NCBI GenBank assembly: GCA_944393375.1
Contig: CALXZX010000004.1
Coordinates: 6,163-70,162 of the forward strand
Direction: 5' to 3'
DNA length: 64,000 bases
Source of the DNA: an uncultured Clostridia bacterium
GTDB taxonomy: Bacteria; Bacillota; Clostridia; TANB77; CAG-508
The notes under the pieces are model-generated. The model saw only the letters and a program-made list of their open reading frames with translations, did not search any database and was not told the origin of the DNA. The position numbers and the translations under genes are program-made. How positions within the stretch are numbered: position 1 is the first letter of the stretch; each line of letters opens with the position of its first letter. Below, one piece after another: positions 11,597 to 21,865 of the stretch.

Positions 11597-12607
11597 TTAA
11601 TATACATAATTTTGTGGATTATATGCCACACCATTAACTCTAACCTCTAAATGTAGATGTGGTCCTGTTGAATTCCCAGTAGATCCTACGGCTGCAACAG
11701 TTTCTCCTTGTGAAACAGTTTGTCCAACTGATGCATACAATTTACTACAATGTGCATAATAGGTTTGTACTCCATTTCCGTGAGATATCACTAGCATATA
11801 TCCATAAGAACCCTTCCATCCTGCAAAAGTAACTGTTCCTGAAGCAGCAGCTTTAATGGCTGTTCCTTTTGGTGCTGAAATATCTAACCCTGTATGTGCT
11901 GAACTTCTAATACTACTTCTTGCTCCAAATCTAGAAGTAATGGTTCCTGAAATTGGTCTAATTAATGAAATTCCTAATGATGCCTTCCCACCTGATGTTG
12001 TTGTATTTGTATTTACATATCCTGCTGAAGTTTTTGAAGAAGTATTTTGGGCAACTTTAATGGCAGTTTTCTTTTCTACATATAATTTAGATACTACTTC
12101 ATCTACAGAAACCAAATCTTTTATACCTGTTTCATATTTTTCCAATATTGAAATTTTATCTATATTTTCACTATTCTTATCTTTTAATGTATTGACAACA
12201 TTTTCTGCTTCTTCAAATGAAGATACATAATATTTTTCTTCCTGTTCTTCCAATATCGCATAATATCGATAGTATGGAATTCCTTGTTCTGTCACTTTAT
12301 TATAGATTTCCTCATCATTTGTCACAATATTTCTTTTTAATAAGCATAATTTGTATTCTGGTAATTCATTTACTTGTACAAAAGCTACATTTTCATTTGT
12401 TCCATCTCCATGGTCTACATATTCATTAATTCTATGTTGTAATTCTGACTTATTTGCCGTATATCCTATTTGTTGTCCATTTATATATACACTATATGTT
12501 GGTTTATATAAAAATGCAACTGCTCCAATAATTAAAAATATTGCAATCATAAAAAGAATTATGAGTTTTACTCCTCGTCTTGCATGAACCAATACCTTTT
12601 TAAACAT
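11597..12607 (-). CDS. Membrane-anchored M23 family peptidase
   Basis: N-terminal TM; HTGLD, YAH and STGPHLHLEV motifs. Confidence 0.88.
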   Translation of the reverse strand: MFKKVLVHARRGVKLIILFMIAIFLIIGAVAFLYKPTYSVYINGQQIGYTANKSELQHRINEYVDHGDGTNENVAFVQVNELPEYKLCLLKRNIVTNDEEIYNKVTEQGIPYYRYYAILEEQEEKYYVSSFEEAENVVNTLKDKNSENIDKISILEKYETGIKDLVSVDEVVSKLYVEKKTAIKVAQNTSSKTSAGYVNTNTTTSGGKASLGISLIRPISGTITSRFGARSSIRSSAHTGLDISAPKGTAIKAAASGTVTFAGWKGSYGYMLVISHGNGVQTYYAHCSKLYASVGQTVSQGETVAAVGSTGNSTGPHLHLEVRVNGVAYNPQNYVY

Positions 12608-12633
12608 TACATTATCTCCTTTGTATATGATAA

Positions 12634-12650
12634 TGTAATCATATTGTAAT
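12634..12650 (+). promoter_or_regulatory. WalR-like direct repeat TGTAAT-N5-TGTAAT
   Basis: TGTAATCATATTGTAAT, 27 bp upstream of the M23 peptidase start. Confidence 0.45.
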
Positions 12651-12752
12651 ATTATTTTTTTTGCAATGATATAAAAAGTCTAATTTCCGTAAGTTTTTTT
12701 GTATTTTTTTATAAATACTTTGTTTTTTTCATTTTTTCTCTCTTTTTCTTTT

Positions 12753-12924
12753 TAAGGGATTTTGGGGACGGAGTCATTTTTCCCTTTTTGCATATTTAAA
12801 ACAAAAAATATAGAATATAAAAATAGAACAACTTAAATAAAATTGTATAATAATTTTATATTCTATATTTTAAAATTACATAATTTAAAAAAGGGAAAAA
12901 TGACTCCGTCCCCAAAATCCCTTA
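12753..12924. repeat. 172-bp element with perfect 37-bp terminal inverted repeats and an inner 18-bp inverted repeat (MITE/REP-like)
   Basis: 12753-12789 TAAGGGATTTTGGGGACGGAGTCATTTTTCCCTTTTT is the exact reverse complement of 12888-12924. Inner pair is 12805-12822 / 12854-12871. Confidence 0.85.
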
Positions 12925-13164
12925 TTGCAATTCTGTTTTTACTGTATTCACTTCTGTTACAGTAGCTTTTTGTGCTGGAATATAATACCCTTTAGCTTGT
13001 GCAATTTTAAAAAGCTCATATTGAAAACTTTCATCATTATTTCTAATTTGTTGGAAAGTTTGTCTTAATTGCATGTTTTCAGCTTCTGATATTGCTGTTT
13101 GATATGCTGTTAAATCTGATTTTACTCCAGCTAAAATATCATTTACCATTGTTTTCTCGTCCAT
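12922..13164 (-). CDS. Spore coat protein, Coat F-like domain
   Basis: MDEKTMVNDIL...Y.TAISEAEN.QLRQTFQQIR...ELF.IA..KGYY pattern. Confidence 0.75.
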   Translation of the reverse strand: MDEKTMVNDILAGVKSDLTAYQTAISEAENMQLRQTFQQIRNNDESFQYELFKIAQAKGYYIPAQKATVTEVNTVKTELQ

Positions 13165-13174
13165 AATTTCCTCC

Positions 13175-13363
13175 TTAATTATTTAAAAATGTCATTAATT
13201 TTTGTTTTGTATTTAAAGCATCTTGAGCAGATTTTGTAAAAAGTTGCTTAATTTGTGGGTCTACTGCTTGTGAAGCATATGTGTTTAATTTTTGATAAGC
13301 TGTTTCATGTGCTCCAATAAGATGTCTTAAATGTTGTAATTCCATTTGATTTAAGTCTGCCAT
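13175..13363 (-). CDS. Small spore-coat-associated protein
   Basis: 62 aa helical protein with RBS, co-oriented with the Coat F-like gene. Confidence 0.6.
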   Translation of the reverse strand: MADLNQMELQHLRHLIGAHETAYQKLNTYASQAVDPQIKQLFTKSAQDALNTKQKLMTFLNN

Positions 13364-13510
13364 TTTTAATCATTCCTTTCTTTTATATTTCTCTATTCAT
13401 TATTTCCGTTTTTATCAAATTTATTCTAAAAAAATAACTTTCGCATAGTGTACACGAAAGTTATCATATTGATAAATTGATAATTTTATATATATTTTTT
13501 ATAATCTTAA

Positions 13511-14068
13511 TTATAGTAAAATTTTTTCAATTTCTTTCCAATTGTTTACTCTAACTAATTTTTTTGCTTTTAATTCTTCATCTGTTATATTGATATTATG
13601 ATATGCTGTAAACAATAATTTTATTTCTGCATCTCCTTCTAGTTTTTGAATGCTATCATCAATTCTGATATCTGCTTTTATGATTTCTTTGTTTGTTATA
13701 AAAATATATTTTTCTGGATTAATAAATGGAAAATTTTTATATAAATATTCAAACTTATCTTTTAATGATTTTCCAGATAATAGTTTATCATCTCTAAACA
13801 CATAAGATGTAGCAATATAAATATTATATACTTCATTTAATTTTTTTACAACTTCTTGCACATTATCTTTTAAATTCACATAATCATATACATTTTTTTC
13901 TGCAAAAAATTGTATCCATTCTGAAAATTTCTCTTTTGGAATTAAATCATTGATATAATATGAATTAGCATCTTCTTCTTCATAATTTGTTCCTAAAAAT
14001 TCATTTACCATTCGTAAAAATCCTTTTTCACATAATACATCATCCATGTCAATAATTAATTTTTTCAT
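13511..14068 (-). CDS. 5'(3')-deoxyribonucleotidase (HAD family)
   Basis: IIDMDDVL motif I and ADIRIDD motif. Confidence 0.8.
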   Translation of the reverse strand: MKKLIIDMDDVLCEKGFLRMVNEFLGTNYEEEDANSYYINDLIPKEKFSEWIQFFAEKNVYDYVNLKDNVQEVVKKLNEVYNIYIATSYVFRDDKLLSGKSLKDKFEYLYKNFPFINPEKYIFITNKEIIKADIRIDDSIQKLEGDAEIKLLFTAYHNINITDEELKAKKLVRVNNWKEIEKILL

Positions 14069-14082
14069 TATATCCCCCTAGA

Positions 14083-16407
14083 TTATATAATCTCTAAATT
14101 TGCATATTTGGCCATTAATCGTTTATGTCCTACTTTATCAAAACTGATATCTACTTTTAAGTCTTCTCCTTCTGGTTCTACTTTATTAATCGTACCTTCT
14201 CCAAATTTTTTATGATATACCCTTACGCCTGCTTCATATTTTGATAAATCCACTTGGTTATTAGATGCTGATTTTTTCCCTAAATTGTTTAAGAAGCTTT
14301 CTGCTGTTCTAAAAGCAAATCCAGAATTATTTAATTTATTTGACTTTGCTGCCACTCCAACAGATTCCTTTTCTCCAATTTTATATGTTTTGATATTTCC
14401 ATTATCTTTACTTCCATAAGTCCATGTATAGTTTGAATCTTTAAACATTTGATTTTTATTATTGTCTTCTTCTCCAAATGCTTCTTTATACCCTTCTAAT
14501 AAATCTTCTGGAATTTCTTTTAAAAATCTAGATACAGGGTTGTAACTTGTTGAGCCAAAAATCGTTCTTTGTTTACTACAAGTTAAATATAGATGTTCTT
14601 TTGCTCTTGTGATTCCTACATAACATAAACGTCTTTCTTCCTCAAGTTCTTTTGGTTCTGAAATGGATTTATATCCAGGGAAAATTCCTTCCTCCATTCC
14701 TACAAGAAATACAACTGGAAACTCTAGACCTTTCGCACTATGTAATGTCATAAGTGTTACAGAGTCTTCATCATCTTCTACATTATCAATATCAGAAGAT
14801 AAAGTAATCCCTTCTAAAAATTGGCTTAAAGAATTTTCTGCATATTCTTCTTCAAATTCAATCGCAACAGTTAGAAATTCTTCTAAGTTTTCAATTCTGT
14901 TTTCTGCTTCTATTGTATTTTCATCTTCTAATGCTTTTGTATATCCTGTTTTCTTTAATGTTGTTTTAATTAATTCTGATATCACTAATTTATCTTTTTT
15001 ATCTTTTAATTCTTCTATTACATTAACAAACTCTCTAGAATTTAAATATACCCTATTCAACCCATATTGATCAGCATGTTTAATGACTTCATACATAGAA
15101 GTTTCATTTTGCTCTGCTAACGCTTCTACTTTATCTAAGCTAGTTTTTCCAATTCCTCTTTTAGGTTCATTAATAATTCTTTTTAAACTCAAATTGTCTG
15201 CACTATTTTGAATCAATCGTAAATAGGCAATAATATCTTTGATTTCTTTTCTTTCATAGAATTTTAAACCACCAACAATTTTATATGGGACATTTTCTCT
15301 CCTTAAAATATCCTCTATTGCTCTTGATTGAGTATTCATTCTATATAAAATGGCAAAATCTGAATATTTATAATATTCTTCTCTTTTTAAGTGCTCAATT
15401 TGTGTCACAATATATGTTGCTTCATCATATTCATTGTCTGCTTGATATACATTTGGAAGATTTCCTTCTTCATTTTGCGTCCATAATTCTTTTTTATATT
15501 TCACTTCATTGTTTTTAATAACACTATTTGCGGCTTTTAAAATATTTCCCGTACATCTATAATTTTGCTCTAGTTTAATAATTTTTGTTCCTGGAAAGTC
15601 TCTCTCAAAATTTAAAATATTAGAAATATCTGCTCCTCTAAAGCTATATATTCCTTGGTCATTATCACCTACAACTGTAATGTTTCCATTTTTAGATGCT
15701 AATAATGTAACTAATGTAAATTGTGCTTTATTGGTATCTTGGTATTCGTCTACTAATACATATTTAAATTTATTTGAATAATATTCTAAGACATCTGGAT
15801 TTTCCATTAAAATTTTTATCGTGTAATTGATAATATCATCAAAATCAATCGCATTATTTTCTTTTAATCGTTTTTGATATAACTCATAAACAGTCGCTAT
15901 TTTTTCTTTTCTAAAATCAGCATTAGCTCTTGCCGTATATTGTTCAGGTTCTAGCATTTCATTTTTTGCATTACTAATTTCAGATAAGACACTTCTATCA
16001 TTAAATAATTTATCATCAATTGCTAAATCTTTCATACAATTTTTTACCAATGTTCTTTGATCTGATGTATCAAATATGATAAATGAAGAATCAAATCCAA
16101 TTCTATCGATAAATCTTCTTAAAATTCTAACACAAATAGAGTGGAATGTTCCCATCCAAATATCTTTTGCATCATCTCCCACTAAATTTGCAATTCTTTC
16201 TTTCATTTCGTTTGCAGCTTTATTCGTAAAAGTAATCGCTAATATATCCCATGGTTTTGCACCTTTTTCTCCTATTAAATAAGCAATTTTATGTGTTAAT
16301 ACTTTTGTTTTACCACTTCCTGCACCTGCAATAACTAAACATGGTCCTTCTGTATTGACAACTGCTTCATATTGTTTATCATTTAATCCTTTTAATATAT
16401 CTTGCAT
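14083..16407 (-). CDS. pcrA: ATP-dependent DNA helicase PcrA
   Basis: AGAGSGKT, VDEYQDTN, TLHSAKGLEF, EEERRLCYVGITRA; C-terminal Tudor-like domain. Confidence 0.96.
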   Translation of the reverse strand: MQDILKGLNDKQYEAVVNTEGPCLVIAGAGSGKTKVLTHKIAYLIGEKGAKPWDILAITFTNKAANEMKERIANLVGDDAKDIWMGTFHSICVRILRRFIDRIGFDSSFIIFDTSDQRTLVKNCMKDLAIDDKLFNDRSVLSEISNAKNEMLEPEQYTARANADFRKEKIATVYELYQKRLKENNAIDFDDIINYTIKILMENPDVLEYYSNKFKYVLVDEYQDTNKAQFTLVTLLASKNGNITVVGDNDQGIYSFRGADISNILNFERDFPGTKIIKLEQNYRCTGNILKAANSVIKNNEVKYKKELWTQNEEGNLPNVYQADNEYDEATYIVTQIEHLKREEYYKYSDFAILYRMNTQSRAIEDILRRENVPYKIVGGLKFYERKEIKDIIAYLRLIQNSADNLSLKRIINEPKRGIGKTSLDKVEALAEQNETSMYEVIKHADQYGLNRVYLNSREFVNVIEELKDKKDKLVISELIKTTLKKTGYTKALEDENTIEAENRIENLEEFLTVAIEFEEEYAENSLSQFLEGITLSSDIDNVEDDEDSVTLMTLHSAKGLEFPVVFLVGMEEGIFPGYKSISEPKELEEERRLCYVGITRAKEHLYLTCSKQRTIFGSTSYNPVSRFLKEIPEDLLEGYKEAFGEEDNNKNQMFKDSNYTWTYGSKDNGNIKTYKIGEKESVGVAAKSNKLNNSGFAFRTAESFLNNLGKKSASNNQVDLSKYEAGVRVYHKKFGEGTINKVEPEGEDLKVDISFDKVGHKRLMAKYANLEII

Positions 16408-16611
16408 TTATTTTTACTCCTTTATTTCAAATATCTGTTTGCGTTTTTTATTCTACTATATTTCATTTAAAAAAGCAAGCACATTTTTTCTTTTCATAAT
16501 ACGTTTTTTATATAATACTTTTTTGCTAAATATGAGAAAATAATGATTCTATCCAATTAAAAAGGTATGTTTTATTTACATACCTTCTCCAAAACATATT
16601 TTATTATTAGC

Positions 16612-17292
16612 TCAATCATCTTTTTCTAGAAGACCACATTCCATACATCTTCCTGTATATAAAGAACAAGGATAACATATTATAGGAACATTTTCATCCG
16701 AATGAGTAACATCAGTAGAATATCCACACAATTGACACGTCCAAGGAATTTCTCTATTAAATTCTCCTTTATAATGCATTCCTGTGCAATAATTATCACC
16801 AAATATTTTGTTTGCTTTCATTTCTAAATAGGTAGACTTATTCCACACATTTGGAAAAACAATTAAACCAGCGACAACTATTCCGATAATAATGATTGTT
16901 TTAATTTTACTATAATTATTTTTTAATAACTTTATACATAGTAATAAAGAAAGTATTCTATGACAAAAATATGTTGTTTCAAATAGTAAAAGAGATAAAA
17001 TACCATCTAAAGTAATGATACTATCTGTATCTCTACTGGCTGAATAGCCATTCCAAATTCCTGCTAATATGTTCACAATACTAATACAGACAGCAGTCTT
17101 TAATAGTTTTTGTTGTTTATTTGAATATTTTTTATATTGAATAAAATACAGTATATAACCAATAATCATTGGTACATACAATAATACAAGTTGCATAATA
17201 TCTGAATTCATTACTATTATTATTAAATTTAAAGGTATTATTGTACATATTGCTGCAATAATTATTATATATTTATTTAATTTTATATCCAT
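16612..17292 (-). CDS. Membrane protein with C-terminal Cys-rich (CxxC x3) domain
   Basis: About 5 TM segments, then WTCQLCG...ICYPC...RCMECG. Confidence 0.6.
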   Translation of the reverse strand: MDIKLNKYIIIIAAICTIIPLNLIIIVMNSDIMQLVLLYVPMIIGYILYFIQYKKYSNKQQKLLKTAVCISIVNILAGIWNGYSASRDTDSIITLDGILSLLLFETTYFCHRILSLLLCIKLLKNNYSKIKTIIIIGIVVAGLIVFPNVWNKSTYLEMKANKIFGDNYCTGMHYKGEFNREIPWTCQLCGYSTDVTHSDENVPIICYPCSLYTGRCMECGLLEKDD

Positions 17293-17438
17293 TTTAAATT
17301 TTTCCCCTTTTTCTTACTTTTCTATTTCCTTCTTTTTGAACTGTTCGAATTTTTCAAATAGTCTGATTTTCTTCTAATTCCTTATTTTCAAAATTTAGCT
17401 ACTCTAAATATATTTTAATATTTTTTCTAATAATTCTT

Positions 17439-18470
17439 TTATACATTAATCTTTTTCATAATCTCTTTTACAATTTTAGAATTTTGTCCTAAAATTACAG
17501 AATAAATCAGATAATCTTCCCATAATACAATTTCATTATATTGACTTTTACTTAATTGTGAAAAATCTTTCATATAATTTCTTAAACCTTCCAATTTTTT
17601 ATTTATATTTCTAGCCTGTTTATTACGTATATATGGATTTTGTTTATTCATTCTATAATATGACTTTATATAAACAATTGTCGAAAAAGGCAAAATAATC
17701 ATAATAAAAAATAATATAAACATTACTGGTAAGAATAAAATAGCAATATTTTTATTCGGTATATTATTATAAAAAGTTGGAAAATTGAAAAATCCTGCAA
17801 CAATTAATATATATATACACACACTAAAAAAGACTTTTTTTATTATTTTTTTGTTTATATCTTTATTTTCCTCTAATAAATTGTAATCTAAGCAATCTTT
17901 TATTACCTTTTCTTCAAATTCTAACATATTTATATTTTTTAATGTATTGTTTTTCAATTTTTTAAATATATATTTTTCATTTTCGTCCAAGTTTTCTTCA
18001 CTATCATTTATTATTTTTATACCATCTTTAATTGTCAATTTTTGTTTTAACTCTAATGACATTAATGTAGCCACTATATCTTTTTCCTCTAATTTAAAAT
18101 CATCTATGTAACTTAAAACAGCTGGAGAATATTTAGATATGATATCTCTATAATAACTATTGTTTTTAAAATCTATTTTATCTAGTTTTTCCTTGTTATA
18201 TTTTTTATAAGCGACTCTTACTCCAATATATAAAATCGTTAAATAGAAGCTTTTTAATAATGATACTACTATATAAAATGAAAACACAAAAAGCATAAAA
18301 AAGCATATACTTGCATACTCTTTAATTCCCAAAGACTCTACCGTATTAATAGCATCCAAATTTATGTCTCCGATTTCTATACCATGTATCATATCCATTA
18401 TAGTTCTAATTATTATAAATGACCAAAAAATGAGGTCAATTCCTCTTATCATCTTTTTTTTAGTTAACAT
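17439..18470 (-). CDS. Membrane protein (DUF2207-like C-terminus)
   Basis: YYRDI...YSPAVLSY..D and GLRNYMKDFS.L...LWEDYLIYSVILG motifs. Confidence 0.65.
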   Translation of the reverse strand: MLTKKKMIRGIDLIFWSFIIIRTIMDMIHGIEIGDINLDAINTVESLGIKEYASICFFMLFVFSFYIVVSLLKSFYLTILYIGVRVAYKKYNKEKLDKIDFKNNSYYRDIISKYSPAVLSYIDDFKLEEKDIVATLMSLELKQKLTIKDGIKIINDSEENLDENEKYIFKKLKNNTLKNINMLEFEEKVIKDCLDYNLLEENKDINKKIIKKVFFSVCIYILIVAGFFNFPTFYNNIPNKNIAILFLPVMFILFFIMIILPFSTIVYIKSYYRMNKQNPYIRNKQARNINKKLEGLRNYMKDFSQLSKSQYNEIVLWEDYLIYSVILGQNSKIVKEIMKKINV

Positions 18471-18618
18471 CTTTTTCTCACCAGTTTTAATATATCATAA
18501 AACTTTTTATTTGAATAGATTTATTTTTAAATATATAGACTTTTAAAATTTATAATTGTTTAACTTATTCAAAATAATGATAAATAAATTGAACTATTAT
18601 TTTCCTTGTCTTTAGATT

Positions 18619-19363
18619 CTATAACATCATAGCAAATAATCCTAATAAAAATCCTATTATATTTCCAATAGCTGTCATTCTACCATGATACAAATTATTT
18701 GCTTCTGGAATTAATTCCCCGAGAGATAATATATAACATGGCGCCTGCTGCAAAACTTAAGCAAATAGCAATTACTTCTTCTGATATTCCCCCAATAATA
18801 GCTCCTACCAAAGCACCTATTCCCGTAGTAATTCCTGACATAATAACTAAAAATATAACTTTACTTTTTTTCATACCTCCATTTTTCATAGGAATTGCCA
18901 TAGATATCCCTTCTGGTATATCATGTAAACAGATAGCAATCGCTAAACTTAAACCTAATTTAATAGACGCACCAAAACCTGATCCAATGGCTAATCCTTC
19001 TGGAAAATTGTGAATGGCCAATCCAATAGACACAATAATTCCTGTTTTTAGTAAAGTATTATTTTTACTTATATTTGTTTCTTCCATATTAAACTTTTTT
19101 TCAACTAATTTATCACAAAAAATCATCATAGCAATTCCTAATAAAATCCCAAAAACAGCACTTATCAGATTACTAATCTCTAACGCTTCTGGAATTAAAT
19201 CAAAACAGATAATGGCCATCATTAGTCCTGAAGCAAATGCTAGCACAAAACTTAAAAATTTTTTAGAGTGTTTTTTCGTAACCACTCCGATAATTCCACC
19301 AATTGTGGTTCCAAATGTTCCAAAAAATAATCCTATCATGGTTGTTTTTATAATTTCTTGCAT
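18619..19363 (-). CDS. ZIP family (ZupT/GufA-like) metal transporter, with a +1 frameshift at CGG 18721-18719 (247 aa when joined)
   Basis: HNFPEG and HDIPEG motifs. Sequence TCT C GGG GAA TTA ATT CCA GAA; the +1 frame gives GELIPEANNLYHGRMTAIGNIIGFLLGLFAMML*, supplying the last TM. Confidence 0.88.
18718..18721 (-). other. Putative +1 recoding site CGG-G in the ZIP transporter
   Basis: In-frame CGG; skipping the C restores AAGAMLYIIS-GELIPE. Confidence 0.75.
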
Positions 19364-19491
19364 GAAAAAACTCCTTAAAATATACTTTATTTTAGTTTAT
19401 TTTAAAGAGTTTTATTTTATTACTTTCATTATAAATAAAACAAATGTATTCTATATTTCTGTTTCCTTTTTATTTTTACAGTGTTAAATTT

Positions 19492-20610
19492 TTATAACAA
19501 GTTTTCTGGATTTAACCCTTCTAATTCTTTTAGAACAAATCTACCGTCTTTTCTAACTAGTACATCATCAAACCAAATTTCTCCTCCACCATATTCTGGT
19601 GTTTGAATATTGACAATATCCCAATGAATTGCTGAACGATTTCCATTATCACTTTCTTCTAATCCATCTCCTGGTGTAAAATGAAAACTTCCTCTTATTT
19701 TTTCATCAAATAAGGTATCCCCTATGACATTTTCTACATAAGGATTTAATCCAAGTGCAAATTCTCCAATATATCTAGCCCCTTCATCTGTATCTAATAT
19801 TTCATTGATTTCTTTTTCTTTATTTGCTGTTGCCTTTATAATCTTACCATCTTTAAATTCAAATTTTATATTATTAAAAGTAATTCCATTATAGGTCGTT
19901 TCTGTATTATAAGTTATATAACCATTTACACTTGTTTTTACAGGTGCAGTTGCCACTTCTCCATCTGGAATATTGTAGGTTCCAAAATATTTTTCTGCAG
20001 GAATATCTTTTATACTAAATGTTAAATCTGTCCCATCTCCTAATATATGTACTTTATCTGTTTTATTCATCAATTCTACTAATGGATTCATGGCCTTTTT
20101 CATTTTTGTATAATCTAAATTACATACATTAAAATAGAAATCTTCGAATTGTTCTAAACTCATATGACTCATTTGTGCCATTGATGCATTTGGATATCGT
20201 AATATGCACCATCTAGTATATTTTACCCTTTCTTCAAAATGGACAGGTAATTGATAATATTTATTGTATAATTCTATCTTTTCTTTTGGAACATCTACCA
20301 ACTCTGCTGTATTGCTACTTGCCCTAATTCCTATATAGCAATCCATATCTTTCATTCTTTCTAAATCATATTTTGCATATAGCTTTATTTGTTCTTCATT
20401 TGCATGTAATAACATTTCTCTTAAAATTTCATAGTTTACAATATTAAAATATGGATTTGCTTTCATATTTTCTGCCTGTTTTATTAATTCTTTAGCTAAT
20501 GGAATACTATCTTCTCCTAATACCTCTATTAAAATATTTTCATGTTCTTTTAATTTAATAGAATTCTTTAACAGATTATTTGCTAATGTTTCTATTCTTA
20601 TATCCTTCAT
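19492..20610 (-). CDS. Aminopeptidase, peptidase M29 (AmpS/PepS) family
   Basis: NIPDGEV.TAP, GARYIGEFALG, LFDEKI..SFH and SAIHWD motifs. Confidence 0.9.
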   Translation of the reverse strand: MKDIRIETLANNLLKNSIKLKEHENILIEVLGEDSIPLAKELIKQAENMKANPYFNIVNYEILREMLLHANEEQIKLYAKYDLERMKDMDCYIGIRASSNTAELVDVPKEKIELYNKYYQLPVHFEERVKYTRWCILRYPNASMAQMSHMSLEQFEDFYFNVCNLDYTKMKKAMNPLVELMNKTDKVHILGDGTDLTFSIKDIPAEKYFGTYNIPDGEVATAPVKTSVNGYITYNTETTYNGITFNNIKFEFKDGKIIKATANKEKEINEILDTDEGARYIGEFALGLNPYVENVIGDTLFDEKIRGSFHFTPGDGLEESDNGNRSAIHWDIVNIQTPEYGGGEIWFDDVLVRKDGRFVLKELEGLNPENLL

Positions 20611-20705
20611 ACACCCTCCTAAATAATTTATTCTCTTATTATCTTATCATTGTGTACACTTTTATTAAAAATGCAAAAGTACTCATTCACTTTTGCATTC
20701 CTATT

Positions 20706-21767
20706 TTACTCGTTTTCACCTTTTAATTTTTCAGCTCTATCTGCTGCAATTAAATTATCAATCATCTCATCTAAGTCTCCATTTAAAAAGTTTTCCATTT
20801 GATAAATACTCATTCCAATTCTATGGTCTGTAATTCTTCCTTGAGGATAATTATATGTTCTTATCTTCTCACTTCTATCTCCTGAACCTACTTGTGATTT
20901 TCTTGCATTTGATATTTCACTATCTTGTTTTTGTTTTTCAATTTCATATAATTTTGTTCTAAGCATTTTCATAGCATTATCTCTATTTTGGAATTGAGAA
21001 CGTTCTGTTTGACATTCTACTACAATTCCTGTTGGTTCATGAATTAATCTTACAGCTGATGAAGTTTTATTAATATGTTGACCACCTGCACCTGATGAAC
21101 GGAACACTTCCATTTTAATATCTGCAGGATTAATTTCAATTTCTACATCTTCTACAACAGGTAAAACTGCAACCGTTGCTGTTGATGTATGAATTCTCCC
21201 ACTACTTTCTGTATCTGGCACTCTTTGTACTCTGTGAACACCACTTTCAAATTTTAATCTACTATATACACCTTTCCCTGTAATCATGAAAGATATTTCT
21301 TTATATCCACCTAATCCTGTTTCATTTTCATTAAGAACTTCTAATTTCCAGTGTTTTCTTTCTGCATACATGGTATACATTCTAAATAGAGTTCCCGCAA
21401 ATAATGCTGCTTCTTCTCCTCCTGCTCCGGCACGAATTTCACAAATAATATTTTTATCATCATCTGGGTCCTTTGGAATTAATAAAAATTTTAATTCTTC
21501 TTCGATTTCTGGCAATTTTTCTTTTGAAGCATAATATTCTTCTTCTGCAAGTTCTTTCATCTCTGGGTCTTTCATTAATTCTTCTGCTTCTTCCATTGCC
21601 TGTTTTTCTTTTTTATATTCTCTAAATTTTAATACAATTTCTTCTATACTGGCATGTTCTTTCATTAATTTTTGCCATTCTGTATGATTAGATATTACTT
21701 CTGGGTCACTAATCATTTTGGTTAACTCATCATATCTCTTTTCTACAGTTTCTAATTTTTCAAACAT
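20706..21767 (-). CDS. prfA: Peptide chain release factor 1
   Basis: GAGGQH and the RF1-type PxT motif (VPDTE). Confidence 0.96.
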   Translation of the reverse strand: MFEKLETVEKRYDELTKMISDPEVISNHTEWQKLMKEHASIEEIVLKFREYKKEKQAMEEAEELMKDPEMKELAEEEYYASKEKLPEIEEELKFLLIPKDPDDDKNIICEIRAGAGGEEAALFAGTLFRMYTMYAERKHWKLEVLNENETGLGGYKEISFMITGKGVYSRLKFESGVHRVQRVPDTESSGRIHTSTATVAVLPVVEDVEIEINPADIKMEVFRSSGAGGQHINKTSSAVRLIHEPTGIVVECQTERSQFQNRDNAMKMLRTKLYEIEKQKQDSEISNARKSQVGSGDRSEKIRTYNYPQGRITDHRIGMSIYQMENFLNGDLDEMIDNLIAADRAEKLKGENE

Positions 21768-21865
21768 AAATATTCTCCTTCTTTCTTAAGCTTGAAATAT
21801 TATACTATATTTTTTTGGTTTTTACAAGTATTTAACATTTTCTCCCATAGAATCTTAAAGACCTA

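Noticed and set aside
20706..21767. Stop-codon reassignment or an unusual release factor
   Set aside because: RF1 has normal PxT and GGQ motifs, and TAA, TAG and TGA all end genes at expected positions.
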